A stretch of DNA of 64,000 nt from Bacteroidales bacterium (GTDB lineage: Bacteria; Bacteroidota; Bacteroidia; Bacteroidales; PUMT01), in the NCBI GenBank assembly GCA_007120695.1, contig SKND01000035.1, forward strand, positions 2,650 to 66,649, read 5' to 3'. The notes beneath the pieces were generated by a model that made no database searches, was not told where the DNA came from, and saw nothing but the letters and a program-made list of their open reading frames with translations. Position 1 is the stretch's first letter, and the number at the start of each line of letters is the position of its first letter. The translations under genes and the position numbers were made by a program. Positions 37,827 through 48,124 of the stretch are shown piece by piece.

Positions 37827-39554
37827 CTATCTTTTAAATACGTCTTCCCATATTTTAGGTCTTAAATGATCCAGCCAGATAAAATTCTGGAGGAATCTCT
37901 CTTCACCGGTAAGATCTTCTAACGGGTAAAGGGTAGCTTCAGCATGACTCAACAGCCTTACCCTGTCAGGTTTGCTGTCTTTCATAAATATCGCCAGGCT
38001 GGCACCTACTGCTTTGTTTACCCCGATAATCTCATCATCATCAACAAGGTAATACAGGGTTTCTGCATTTCCGGTCACATTTACCCGGTAAAGTTCTTCA
38101 TTTCTGAATATTCCCAGAATCTCCCTGCCTTTTATCTGGTTATAAAGTCCCTCATCTTCCTCGGAAACCACGAAGGCTGAATTGGTCATTACTATATTGT
38201 CTACTGCTCCATCTCTGGAATGTATCTCCATGAATTCGGCCGAAAGCTGGCTGTCATCCGACCATACCACAGGCTCTCCGAACATGTAAAAAATTGAATC
38301 TCTCATATTGAAATATACCGAGTCGCATTTTCCCTGCATCTCATTGCTGAAGAATTTCACCCCGTAATATGCAACCATTATCCTTACAGTATCTCCACCT
38401 TCATAAAGTTCCTCTGTGGCAAATATATTCAATGTGTCGGCCACATGTGTATCGACTGACAATGAGTCTGCTGTTTCGTCCGGTTGAAACTCATTTGTCT
38501 GAATACCGGAATCTGCCAGACCGGCTGTTAACGAATCACTTTCTTGTTGTTGTTCTCCGGGAGTCTTTTCCGGTATGACTTCCAGAGGTGTTATTTCAAG
38601 CCATGAACGCAGTGTGTCGGCATGCATGTACAGGGTGTCGTTATCTGACATCTGTATCAGCAGAGCCCTTTCTGTTACAAGCATATGTTCCGGTTCCCGG
38701 TTGAACCATGCATAGTTTCCCCTTATTATAATGTTTTCTACCGTATCTGTAACCTCCACATCCGTAAATGCCTCACCAAACCCCTGTCCGTTATCATAGT
38801 AGAGGCTGTCGGCCATAAGGTACTGGTTGTTATTTCTTACCCTGGCGTTTTCGTTGAACTGAGCTATATCTGAAATTGTGTTGTACCAGCCATTCTCGCA
38901 GTATATGTCGGTATCATCCCCAATTATGGTAGTCGGTCCCATAAAATACACAACTTCCGTAACCGTGTTGTATCTGAGGGTGTCGGAACGTATAATATAG
39001 TCAGGGTTGGTTACCACTACCTGGTCTTTGAAAAAGAACAGCTTTTCATTGGTATAATAGTATCCCTGCAGGCTCTCAAGCCTGTTATCGCCATTAATTA
39101 CAACTCCATGGTTCGGATAGTATCCGACTTCATTCTCGAGGTCAAAATCCAGATGCCCGGTGGTAAGCGTAGTCTCATTGTCCATCAAAATCACATTCCT
39201 CCGGACTTCTGCAAATCTCCTGTTACCGTAATAAACCAGATGTTCTCCGTACAGACGGAGTGTATCACCCTGGTTGATACGAACATTGCCAAAGGCATGT
39301 ACAATATTGTCGTTGGCGTACCTGTGCGCACTGTCACATTGCATCAGGACATCTTCGTGGCTAAGCATAACGTTTCCCAGGAAGCGTGAACCATCTGATC
39401 TCATTCCCGGGTACCTGTTCTCCCAACTGTCTGCATTCAGAATTCTGACCTCTGCAGGTTTACGATTGGTGGTTTGCGAAACTACATTGCCGGATATGAT
39501 TGGAAGCAGGCATATAAGAGTTAATAACAGAGGATGTTTCATCTGCTCATACAC
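37827..39554 (-). CDS. OstA-like (LptA/LptD N-terminal fold) periplasmic/outer-membrane protein
   Basis: 575 aa with a signal peptide. It has repeated beta-jellyroll-type segments (FLGNVMLSHEDVLMQCDSAHRYANDNIVHAFGNVRINQGD..LYGEHLVYY). It is downstream of the SurA-like genes, as in other Bacteroidota. Confidence 0.55.
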   Translation of the reverse strand: MYEQMKHPLLLTLICLLPIISGNVVSQTTNRKPAEVRILNADSWENRYPGMRSDGSRFLGNVMLSHEDVLMQCDSAHRYANDNIVHAFGNVRINQGDTLRLYGEHLVYYGNRRFAEVRRNVILMDNETTLTTGHLDFDLENEVGYYPNHGVVINGDNRLESLQGYYYTNEKLFFFKDQVVVTNPDYIIRSDTLRYNTVTEVVYFMGPTTIIGDDTDIYCENGWYNTISDIAQFNENARVRNNNQYLMADSLYYDNGQGFGEAFTDVEVTDTVENIIIRGNYAWFNREPEHMLVTERALLIQMSDNDTLYMHADTLRSWLEITPLEVIPEKTPGEQQQESDSLTAGLADSGIQTNEFQPDETADSLSVDTHVADTLNIFATEELYEGGDTVRIMVAYYGVKFFSNEMQGKCDSVYFNMRDSIFYMFGEPVVWSDDSQLSAEFMEIHSRDGAVDNIVMTNSAFVVSEEDEGLYNQIKGREILGIFRNEELYRVNVTGNAETLYYLVDDDEIIGVNKAVGASLAIFMKDSKPDRVRLLSHAEATLYPLEDLTGEERFLQNFIWLDHLRPKIWEDVFKR

Positions 39555-39582
39555 ATTAAGTTCAGCAGGGATTCCCTGTATA

Positions 39583-40938
39583 TTATCTCTTCACCCACTC
39601 TTCAGCAGAAAATCCGCAACTTCTGTAGGCTTCGTCAATCCTGATGTATGTTCGTGCCCTTTTTTCTGCTATCCACTCTTCAAGTATCTCCTGCATTTTC
39701 ATGTTCATCGTCATTTCTCTGATAGCGGCATAATCTTCATCCAGGTTGGCCCTGTGCGGTGGTGTCTGCGAATTAAGGTACAGCAGCTTGTAGTATGTCT
39801 TGTTCTGACTGTCACGCGATTCCAGGGGGCCCCTTATTTCTCCCACTTTCATATCCCTTACCGCCTCATAGTTGACAGGAGACAGCTGGTCCAGCTCAAA
39901 TTTCGATCCTCCTGTATTCGGATTAATAATCAGTCCCCCGTTAAGCCTTGTATCCTTATCTTCCGTATGTATCATAGCAGCCATTCTAAAGGTTATTGTA
40001 TCGGTACGAATTGCTGTCGCCAGACTGTCGAGAAAGGATCTGGCTTCGGCTTTTGCCTGGTCGGTGGCTTGCGGACTCATTAATATATGCCTGACATTGA
40101 CTTCTTCACCCCTCCTGTCAATAAGTTGTACAATATGAAACCCGAATTCACTTTCGAATACAGGTGATACCCTTTCATCCCTTAGTGAAAAAGCTACTTT
40201 TGCAAACTCGGGTGTCAGGCTGGAACGGGACATGTAGCCCAGTTCCCCTCCTCTCCTGGCTGAGCCTGGATCCTGGGAGTATAGAACTGCCATTGTTGTA
40301 AAGCTCTCACCGTCAATAATCCTCTGGCGAATTTCATTAAGTCTTTGTCTTACCCTCAGGTTTTCGGCTTCGCTGAATTCGGGGTAACTGACAATCTTGC
40401 GCAGTTCAACCTGTGAGGGTATCATTGGGATCTCATCTTCGGACAGATTGTTGTAAAATCTTCTGACTTCGGCGGGTGTTACCCTTACGCTGCCAATAAT
40501 CTCATCCTGCATATAGCTGGTTATGAGCTGTTCCCTCACTATATCGCGAAAATCCTCCTTAATCTCCAATATGCTCTTGCTGTAGTAATTTTCCAGGGCT
40601 TCCTCAGACCCTATCTGACTGATAAAAAACTGAAGTCTCCGGTTCAGTTCCATCTCGACCTCGGCATCGGTTACTTCAATAGAATCAACAATTGCCTGGT
40701 TAAGCAGCAGTTTTTGCACAAGGTGATTCTCCAGAAGTTCGCATCTTGAATTTTCTGTAGGGCTGTAACCCTGGGCCTGCATCTGGACCAGCTCATTCTC
40801 AATTTCAGATTGAAGTATTATACTGTTTCCAACCACGGCGACTATACGGTCAACTATCCTCTCCTGCGCATTTACTGTTATCGTAAGAGAAATCAAAAAT
40901 ATTGTGCCGGTAAGAATAGATAAGATTTTTTTTAACAT
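39583..40938 (-). CDS. SurA-like periplasmic chaperone / parvulin peptidyl-prolyl isomerase
   Basis: 451 aa with a signal peptide. The SurA N-domain is VDRIVAVVGNSIILQSEIE. The parvulin motifs are SQDPGSARRGGELGY..FGFHIVQL and VRHILM. Confidence 0.8.
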   Translation of the reverse strand: MLKKILSILTGTIFLISLTITVNAQERIVDRIVAVVGNSIILQSEIENELVQMQAQGYSPTENSRCELLENHLVQKLLLNQAIVDSIEVTDAEVEMELNRRLQFFISQIGSEEALENYYSKSILEIKEDFRDIVREQLITSYMQDEIIGSVRVTPAEVRRFYNNLSEDEIPMIPSQVELRKIVSYPEFSEAENLRVRQRLNEIRQRIIDGESFTTMAVLYSQDPGSARRGGELGYMSRSSLTPEFAKVAFSLRDERVSPVFESEFGFHIVQLIDRRGEEVNVRHILMSPQATDQAKAEARSFLDSLATAIRTDTITFRMAAMIHTEDKDTRLNGGLIINPNTGGSKFELDQLSPVNYEAVRDMKVGEIRGPLESRDSQNKTYYKLLYLNSQTPPHRANLDEDYAAIREMTMNMKMQEILEEWIAEKRARTYIRIDEAYRSCGFSAEEWVKR

Positions 40939-40955
40939 TGCTATTGTAGTTGTTA

Positions 40956-41789
40956 TTAAAAATATTGAAATGCGTTTTTGTCCAGTCCCTCATTTAAAAC
41001 ATTATTTTCCAGTTCATTTAAAAACTGAAATTTTCTCTTGTTTAGTATAATGCTTCTGATTTTATGACTTGCAACAGAGAGGGGCATCGGGCTTCTTGCA
41101 GGTATATACTCTTGTATGCCAATTAAATAATAGAATTCAGAATCTGTGGCTGCAATATGGTCCATATTGCCTGCATTTGCCCTGTTATATGATCCGGGAG
41201 GGAGTTCCCTTAAAACATCATCAAGATAAAGGTAATTATCAGAAAACCAGGCGTGTGTTATTGAGTGCCTCGTACTGTATTCTTCAAGATGTCTATAATC
41301 ATTACCGCTTCTGAACCAGGCAAGCAAATTATTCCTGTCGGGTGCATCGAGCGATACTTTAATGAAAAACCCTCTGATTACGGGCCTTTCAAGTATGAAA
41401 TTATTTGCATGGTCAAGGTAATACGCTTCAATCTCCCTGGCAGATACAATAGAGTCGAGTCTCTCGTTCAACAAGTATTGCTGATATTTATGAATTAAAA
41501 GTGAGGCTCTGAAATCGGCAATTTTCTTTTCCAGGTCTTGTTCCTCTGTTGGCAGGTTTCTCTCGGCCAGTCTGAGCAGCAGCTGATCGCGTATCCATTT
41601 GTCAATATAGTTTTTTGCCATTTTGATACTGTCTGTTACACTTATGTTAGCCGGGAATATTCCGACAAGGTCCTCTCTGTAAAGATAGTTATTGTAAACC
41701 TTTGCCAATGGCTCTTTATTGTTGCCCGGGAAGCTGCTGCATGAAATCAGGGCAGGTATAATCAGCAAAATGATTAAAAGCAGTTGCAT
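40956..41789 (-). CDS. hypothetical lipoprotein, SurA N-domain-like, no PPIase domain recognisable
   Basis: The lipobox is LIIPALISCSS after ATG 41789 (the track ORF extends to 41834). It lies between two parvulin genes. Confidence 0.4.
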   Translation of the reverse strand: MQLLLIILLIIPALISCSSFPGNNKEPLAKVYNNYLYREDLVGIFPANISVTDSIKMAKNYIDKWIRDQLLLRLAERNLPTEEQDLEKKIADFRASLLIHKYQQYLLNERLDSIVSAREIEAYYLDHANNFILERPVIRGFFIKVSLDAPDRNNLLAWFRSGNDYRHLEEYSTRHSITHAWFSDNYLYLDDVLRELPPGSYNRANAGNMDHIAATDSEFYYLIGIQEYIPARSPMPLSVASHKIRSIILNKRKFQFLNELENNVLNEGLDKNAFQYF

Positions 41790-41854
41790 GTGTTTATATT
41801 TTACAAAGATCATGCTCATGTGTGCTATAAGCAATCGGTATAGTTTTTTTATAA

Positions 41855-43843
41855 TTAGTAAATGTCTGATAAAACGTCTTTATATACTGTTACATTATAT
41901 TTACCGCGCAAATCTTCCACCCATTGTTCCTCCAGATAATCCTGGTAATCTGCAATAACTTGTTCCCGGGCCTCTTCAATTGATTTAGGCTGCGGTTCAA
42001 CAACGTCATGAATTAAAATTATATTGTAGGTATTATCTCTCTCAATTATTTCAGAAACTCCCTCTGCCCAGTTAACTTGATCTGCAAGTTGATTGTCTCC
42101 CATTGCATATAAACCTTTTTCGTAGGTTATCACATCGTCGCCGGCACCACGGTTGAGCCTGTCAATTACCCAGTTTTCATCCCTGCTGCTGAACCTTATG
42201 CTTCTTCCGGCCCTTCTTGCAGCTCTTCTTGCAATCCGGGCATCATCAGTTGTGAAAATACTTGCAGAGATTCTTGTTCCCCACATATAATTATGATTAT
42301 TTATCTCATGAAACAGTTCCAGGCCTGTGCTGTCGGTAATTGCCCTGGACCATACTTCACGATCAGTAATCTCAAATAGCAGCATTCCGTCTTTATATTC
42401 ATTCATCAGGTACCTAAATTCCGGATATTTGTTTTCAAGGTTTTGATCTTCGTATTTTATAAGCCATTGACTCACGAAATCCCTGTAAAGAGAATAGATA
42501 TACTCCTCCATGGGCCATGGATTTCTCCGGTAGGCACTTTCTGAAATGAATTCAGCAAAAGCCCTCTGTGTTACATTAGCTCCGCTAACACTGAAAATTA
42601 CCTGATTCATTGGCAGGGTTGACGGGGGAGACCAGTTTCCGCTGAAAATTGTGTCACCAACCATATGGTAGAATAATTCCAGGGCCGGCAGATTCTCATT
42701 ATAATTCCATTCCCTCATAAGCCTGTTTACCAGGGCTTCTCTTACAAGTGCAGATCTTTCATCCCTTGAATTCCTTATCATATCGACAAGGTTCTGCCTG
42801 ATTTCATCAAGTGGAGGGATTTCTCTATGATCAATAAGTTTAATTATATGCCACCCGAATGACGTCCTGACCGGTTCTGAAATATCACCCGGATTTTCAA
42901 TTGCAAAGGCTGCCTCCTCAAATTCAGGCACCAGCCTGCCAGCACCAAACCAGGGCAGCATGCCGCCCTGAGGAGCAGTATTATTATCAGTTGAGTGTTC
43001 CTTAGCCATCATTTCAAAACTGTAGCCGGCTTTCAGGTCATTATAGACCTTCATAACCTTCTCTGCCGCCGTCTCTTCATCGTAACGGTTAAACCCGATC
43101 ATTATGTGGGCAGTTTTGATTTCTCCTCTTGACGGTGTCCGGTCGTTGAGCCTTATAATATGGTATCCGAAACGTGTTCTGACCGGCATACTCAATTCAC
43201 CCGGTTCAGCATTGTATACCTTGTTTTCGAATGGATATGCCATCTGAAAAACCGTGAAATACCCAAGATTGCCGGAGTTAACCTTGGCAGAAGGATCATC
43301 GGAAGTGGCATTGGCCACTACTTCAAAATTTTCACCCTTGAGGATGCTCTCCCTGATCTGCATTGCCTTCTCCCAGGCCTGAAGTGAATCTTCTGGGCTA
43401 AATCCCGGTGCCAGCCTGACCAGTATGTGACTGGCATTAACATCATACAACAACCTGCTGTAGGCTTCATTCACAAGCTGTTCCTCTTTTTCCTTATCGG
43501 TGAGATATGGAATCACAAGCTGTTTCCTGTAACGGGCAAGCTCCTCTTCGAAAAGAATGTTTTGATGGATACCCTCATCTTTAGCATGGGCTACTTTAAG
43601 ATGGAAATCTATAAACAGATCCAGATACTGATCAACAGGCATCTCTGAGTAAAGATTGTCTTTTTTCCACAACCTGAGAAATTCGGTTTTTGAAATTTCC
43701 CGGTCATTTATAACCATAAGTACAGTCTCATCTTCTGCCGTTGAGTCAAATCCTGATAAAAGGATTATCAAAAACAACCCTGATACAACACTGACAATTT
43801 TTCTACGTGCTACTCCTGCATTTTGCAACAATAATCTGTCCAT
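41855..43843 (-). CDS. peptidyl-prolyl cis-trans isomerase with two parvulin domains
   Basis: 662 aa. The motifs ASHILVRL...FGYHIIRL and TAHIMIGF...FGWHIIKL indicate two rotamase modules. Confidence 0.8.
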   Translation of the reverse strand: MDRLLLQNAGVARRKIVSVVSGLFLIILLSGFDSTAEDETVLMVINDREISKTEFLRLWKKDNLYSEMPVDQYLDLFIDFHLKVAHAKDEGIHQNILFEEELARYRKQLVIPYLTDKEKEEQLVNEAYSRLLYDVNASHILVRLAPGFSPEDSLQAWEKAMQIRESILKGENFEVVANATSDDPSAKVNSGNLGYFTVFQMAYPFENKVYNAEPGELSMPVRTRFGYHIIRLNDRTPSRGEIKTAHIMIGFNRYDEETAAEKVMKVYNDLKAGYSFEMMAKEHSTDNNTAPQGGMLPWFGAGRLVPEFEEAAFAIENPGDISEPVRTSFGWHIIKLIDHREIPPLDEIRQNLVDMIRNSRDERSALVREALVNRLMREWNYNENLPALELFYHMVGDTIFSGNWSPPSTLPMNQVIFSVSGANVTQRAFAEFISESAYRRNPWPMEEYIYSLYRDFVSQWLIKYEDQNLENKYPEFRYLMNEYKDGMLLFEITDREVWSRAITDSTGLELFHEINNHNYMWGTRISASIFTTDDARIARRAARRAGRSIRFSSRDENWVIDRLNRGAGDDVITYEKGLYAMGDNQLADQVNWAEGVSEIIERDNTYNIILIHDVVEPQPKSIEEAREQVIADYQDYLEEQWVEDLRGKYNVTVYKDVLSDIY

Positions 43844-43905
43844 CAGACAATATTTTTAGTTAATCTGACAACTATCCCTTCCGGTAATAGTATTCTTAAA
43901 CCTTA

Positions 43906-45372
43906 TTACCTGCTGTAGTTTGGTGCTTCACGCGTAATTGTTACACCATGGGGGTGACTCTCATTAAGTCCCGAATTTGTTATCCGGACAAACATGGCCT
44001 CCTTTAGACTGTTTATATCCGAAGCGCCGCAATAACCCATGCCTGCTCTAAGTCCTCCTATCAATTGATAAATCACCTCTGAAAGGATACCTTTATAGGG
44101 GATGCGCGCAGATATGCCTTCCGGAACCAGTTTGCTTATATCATCCTCGACCTCCTGGAAATACCTGTCCTTTGATCCCTGCTGCATAGCTTCAATTGAC
44201 CCCATTCCTCTGTATGACTTGAACTTACGGCCATTATATATTATTGTTTCTCCGGGTGATTCTTCAACACCTGCCAGCAATGATCCTGCCATTATTGAAT
44301 CGGCTCCGGCTGCTATAGCCTTTACTATATCGCCCGAGTATCTTATACCGCCGTCTGCTATTACCGGTATACCCGAACCTTTCAGTGCAGAGGCTACTTC
44401 ATAGACTGCAGTTAACTGCGGTATGCCAACACCGGCAATCACCCTTGTTGTACAGATGGATCCCGGTCCAATGCCTACTTTTACGCCATCTGCACCACAA
44501 TCTGCCAGTGCTTTTGCAGCTTCCGCTGTGCCGATGTTTCCGACAACTATGTCCACCTGTCCCGTTCTTCTTTTGGCTTCCTCAAGCAATTTGAAAACAC
44601 CGCCTGTATGCCCGTGAGCAGTATCAATTACCAGGGCATCAACACCTGCCTCCAGAAGAGCGTCTATCCTTTTCAATGTATCTCTGGCAACTCCTATACC
44701 TGCGGCCACCCTTAGACGGCCCTTTTCATCCTTGCATGCCCAGGGATTATCCTTGACCTTCGTGATATCCTTATATGTAAGCAGGCCTATAAGCTTATTA
44801 TCCTTGTCAATTACAGGTAATTTTTCAATCTTGTACTGCTGCAGAAGATCTGTTGCCTTTTCAAGGTTTGTCTGGGTTGTAGTGACGATTTTGTCACTTG
44901 TCATCACTTCGCTGATGGGACGGCTCATATTATTCTGGAACCTCAGATCCCTGTTTGTTACAATCCCGATAAGTGTTCCATTGTTCTCAATAACAGGTAT
45001 GCCTCCAATCTTGTATTCCTTCATCAGCTTAAGGGCATCTCCCACCGTATTGGTCTTCTCTATGGTTACCGGGTCATAAATCATGCCACTTTCAGCCCTT
45101 TTAACCTCTTTGACCTGCCTGGATTGCTCTTTTATGCTCATGTTCTTATGGATCACCCCTATGCCTCCCTGCCGGGCTATTGCTATAGCCATAGCTGCCT
45201 CTGTCACGGTATCCATGGCCGCCGAAACGATAGGTGAATTAATTACAATGTTTCGCGAGAAGCGGGAAGATATATTCACATCCTTGGGAAGTACCTCTGA
45301 ATATGCCGGAATCAGCAGAACATCATCAAAGGTCAAGCCCTCACCCTTAATCTTTTCGAAAGCAAATGACAT
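43906..45372 (-). CDS. guaB: IMP dehydrogenase
   Basis: 488 aa. Motifs FDDVLLIP, a CBS pair, the catalytic loop [12 protein letters not shown], and GGIRYSGD. Confidence 0.95.
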   Translation of the reverse strand: MSFAFEKIKGEGLTFDDVLLIPAYSEVLPKDVNISSRFSRNIVINSPIVSAAMDTVTEAAMAIAIARQGGIGVIHKNMSIKEQSRQVKEVKRAESGMIYDPVTIEKTNTVGDALKLMKEYKIGGIPVIENNGTLIGIVTNRDLRFQNNMSRPISEVMTSDKIVTTTQTNLEKATDLLQQYKIEKLPVIDKDNKLIGLLTYKDITKVKDNPWACKDEKGRLRVAAGIGVARDTLKRIDALLEAGVDALVIDTAHGHTGGVFKLLEEAKRRTGQVDIVVGNIGTAEAAKALADCGADGVKVGIGPGSICTTRVIAGVGIPQLTAVYEVASALKGSGIPVIADGGIRYSGDIVKAIAAGADSIMAGSLLAGVEESPGETIIYNGRKFKSYRGMGSIEAMQQGSKDRYFQEVEDDISKLVPEGISARIPYKGILSEVIYQLIGGLRAGMGYCGASDINSLKEAMFVRITNSGLNESHPHGVTITREAPNYSR

Positions 45373-45506
45373 TTTGATAAAATTTGGTTATATTTAAATT
45401 GCGCTAAGTTACGAAAAATAAGTAGATGCAAATTAATTTTTTGTTTTTTTGCCAGTAGCTAACTGGTGGTTTTAGCACCGGTACATTAAGTAATCCGGGA
45501 AATAAA

Positions 45507-47411
45507 TTGAACAGGTACAGCCAAATACTCAACCGATACTGGGGATTCTCCGCCTTCAAGCCAATGCAGGAGGAGATAATCAATTCGGTTGTAAACGGAC
45601 GGGACACACTGGCACTAATGCCTACAGGCGGTGGTAAATCGGTTACTTTCCAGGTTCCGTCAATGGCTTCGGAGGGTATTTGTGTTGTTGTTACCCCTTT
45701 AATTGCACTGATGAAAGATCAGGTTGAGAACCTGCTTAAACGTGGTATCAAGGCACAGGCCATTTACTCAGGCATGTCCCGGTCGGAGATTGATATAGCC
45801 CTTGACAATTGTGTTTACGGAGGGTATAAGTTCATATATGTCTCACCGGAGAGACTCGCGACAGATATTTTCAGGGAGAGGGTGAAAAAGATGCATGTTA
45901 ACCTTATAGCTGTTGATGAGGCGCATTGTATCTCACAGTGGGGTTATGACTTCAGGCCTTCATACAGGCGCATTGCTGAGTTGAGGGAACTGATACCGGA
46001 AGTTCCTGTTCTGGCACTTACAGCTACTGCTACTAATGAAGTTGCTAAGGATATAATGGAACAACTCAGGTTTTCAGCTCACAATCTGATCCGTACCAGC
46101 TTTGAAAGGAAAAACCTTCATTACCTTGTTGATGTTACAGAAGATAAGCACCGGAAGCTGCTGGAATTAATCCGTAATATTCCCGGCAGCGGTATCATAT
46201 ATGCGCGAAACAGGAGGAAAACATCTGAAATTGCGAAATTCCTTTCCAACAACAGGATCCGGGCTGACTACTATCATGCGGGATTAGGATCGGAGCTGCG
46301 TACATTGAAGCAGAATGAATGGATGGCTGGCAAAAACCGCATCATTGTATCAACCAATGCGTTTGGAATGGGTATAGACAAGGCTGATGTAAGGTTTGTG
46401 ATCCATTTTGATATGCCGGACTCTCTTGAAGCCTACTTCCAGGAGGCCGGAAGGGCCGGACGAGACGGGAAGATAGCTTTTGCTGTTTTGCTGTATAATG
46501 AATCGGACAAAACAAATGCAGATAAACGTGTAGTTGTAAGGTTCCCGGAGCTGGATGTTGTAAGACAGGTCTACCAGGCACTTGGCAGCTACTTTCAGAT
46601 ACCATACGGTGGAGGAAAAGGAGCGGTACTCGATTTTAACATAATGGATTTTGCAGCCAGGTACAAACTCAATGTGATGAGTTGTTATTATTCCATAAAA
46701 GCTCTTGAAGCCGAGGGATATCTGGAATTGACAGATGAAATAAACAGTCCCTCGAAAATACACTTTACAGTTAGCAGGGATGACCTTTACAGGTTTCAGG
46801 TAGCCAATGCTGCTTTTGACAGCTTTATAAAGTTATTGCTCCGAACCTATTCGGGTGTCTTTTCAGGTTATGCCGGGATCGATGAAGAGTTCCTTGCCAG
46901 AAAAACATCATCCAGCCGGGATATAGTATACCAGTATCTTGTCAGGCTTGATAAGCTTAATATCATTGATTACATTCCGCGAAGAAAATCCCCGCTCATT
47001 ATTTTTAATACCGAAAGACTGGATGAAAGATCGCTTTTTTTGTCATCTTCTTCATATACAGATCGCAAGGAGAGGTATATTTCCAAGTTGCAGTCGGTTT
47101 ACAACTATGCTTCCTCTGCCGGAAGGTGCAGGAGTATAATACTTCTGGATTACTTCGGGGAGAGGGATGCAGACAGATGCGGTAATTGTGATGTTTGTAC
47201 AGAAAAGAATGAGCTTGACATTAGCAGGTATGAGTTTGAACTTATAACCGAACAGGTAAGGGAGATTATTAGACACGGCAATTTAATGCCTGACGAACTT
47301 GTTGATATTCTTCAGTATCCTTCTGACAAATCGATCACCGTTATCAGATGGTTACTGGATAACGGACGGATCAGGCAGGAACCGGATGGCATAATAAAAT
47401 GGAACGACTGA
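45507..47411 (+). CDS. recQ: RecQ-family ATP-dependent DNA helicase (long-linker Bacteroidota type)
   Basis: 634 aa with a TTG start. Motifs FKPMQEEII, MPTGGGKS, VDEAHCISQWGYDFRPSY and QEAGRAGRDG. The Zn-binding cluster CRSIILLDYFGERDADRCGNCDVC is at residues 541..564. Confidence 0.9.
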   Translation: MNRYSQILNRYWGFSAFKPMQEEIINSVVNGRDTLALMPTGGGKSVTFQVPSMASEGICVVVTPLIALMKDQVENLLKRGIKAQAIYSGMSRSEIDIALDNCVYGGYKFIYVSPERLATDIFRERVKKMHVNLIAVDEAHCISQWGYDFRPSYRRIAELRELIPEVPVLALTATATNEVAKDIMEQLRFSAHNLIRTSFERKNLHYLVDVTEDKHRKLLELIRNIPGSGIIYARNRRKTSEIAKFLSNNRIRADYYHAGLGSELRTLKQNEWMAGKNRIIVSTNAFGMGIDKADVRFVIHFDMPDSLEAYFQEAGRAGRDGKIAFAVLLYNESDKTNADKRVVVRFPELDVVRQVYQALGSYFQIPYGGGKGAVLDFNIMDFAARYKLNVMSCYYSIKALEAEGYLELTDEINSPSKIHFTVSRDDLYRFQVANAAFDSFIKLLLRTYSGVFSGYAGIDEEFLARKTSSSRDIVYQYLVRLDKLNIIDYIPRRKSPLIIFNTERLDERSLFLSSSSYTDRKERYISKLQSVYNYASSAGRCRSIILLDYFGERDADRCGNCDVCTEKNELDISRYEFELITEQVREIIRHGNLMPDELVDILQYPSDKSITVIRWLLDNGRIRQEPDGIIKWND

Positions 47412-47464
47412 CATTCCTGCATTTTTTTGTATTTTTGCCGGCGATCGTTTAATTACTCGAATCT

Positions 47465-48124
47465 ATGGAAAATCAGAACGATTCAGTTGTGTATTCGGGT
47501 GCAGTAATAGAGTTCGTTGCTGTTGCCAGAGAAGTATGCAGCTTTATGGAGCAGGTGGACGGGTTTGAAAAACCTGTTTTTATTGATAAAACCAGGAAGA
47601 TATTGCCCCTGTTGTATTACAAATCTGTTATGCTGCCCGCCACCGAGGCTGTTTATGAGGATGGACCTGAAAAATTCGTTTCTGAGCAGGAGTGGCAGGT
47701 TATTCATGACTCTGTTTTAGGCAAGTTGGGAAGACATAATGATTATCCCGAGGTTATGGATCCGGTTATGAGGGATACCGATGACAGTGTGGGGGGAAGC
47801 ATTGCAGAGAACCTGGCAGACATATACCAGGATCTCAAGGATTTTGTCATGGTATACCGTATGGGTACAGTTGAACTTATGAATGATGCCTTATGGGAAT
47901 GCATGCAGCATTTTGATCAGGATTGGGGACAAAAACTGCTGAACTGCCTCCGGGCACTTCATAATCTTCTTCATGGCCAGGAAGATTTGTCGGACGATGA
48001 TAATGAAGACAGCCCGGAAAATGGCACAACAGAAAATACAAACGACTGGATTTTTTCGAAGCGCCAGCGGCTGTGGAATGAAGGGGAAGATAACCTGTCC
48101 GGTCCGGATAACACTGAAACATGA
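47465..48124 (+). CDS. DUF5063-like protein with acidic C-terminal tail
   Basis: 219 aa. The family call is from memory of the conserved pairing with the downstream exonuclease. Its stop overlaps the next start (ATGA at 48121). Confidence 0.4.
   Translation: MENQNDSVVYSGAVIEFVAVAREVCSFMEQVDGFEKPVFIDKTRKILPLLYYKSVMLPATEAVYEDGPEKFVSEQEWQVIHDSVLGKLGRHNDYPEVMDPVMRDTDDSVGGSIAENLADIYQDLKDFVMVYRMGTVELMNDALWECMQHFDQDWGQKLLNCLRALHNLLHGQEDLSDDDNEDSPENGTTENTNDWIFSKRQRLWNEGEDNLSGPDNTET

Noticed and set aside
37823-37829. Two convergent gene pairs have stop codons 1 bp apart (37825/37827) and 16 bp apart (49920/49937), leaving no room for terminators.
   Set aside because: This is common in compact genomes and there is no additional sequence signal to interpret.
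39274-40083. A 269-aa + strand ORF spans the boundary of the OstA-like and SurA-like genes.
   Set aside because: It is antisense to two well-supported genes and crosses their intergenic gap. Its translation is low-complexity and Cys/Ser/Arg/Leu-rich, with no motifs. It is a typical shadow ORF.
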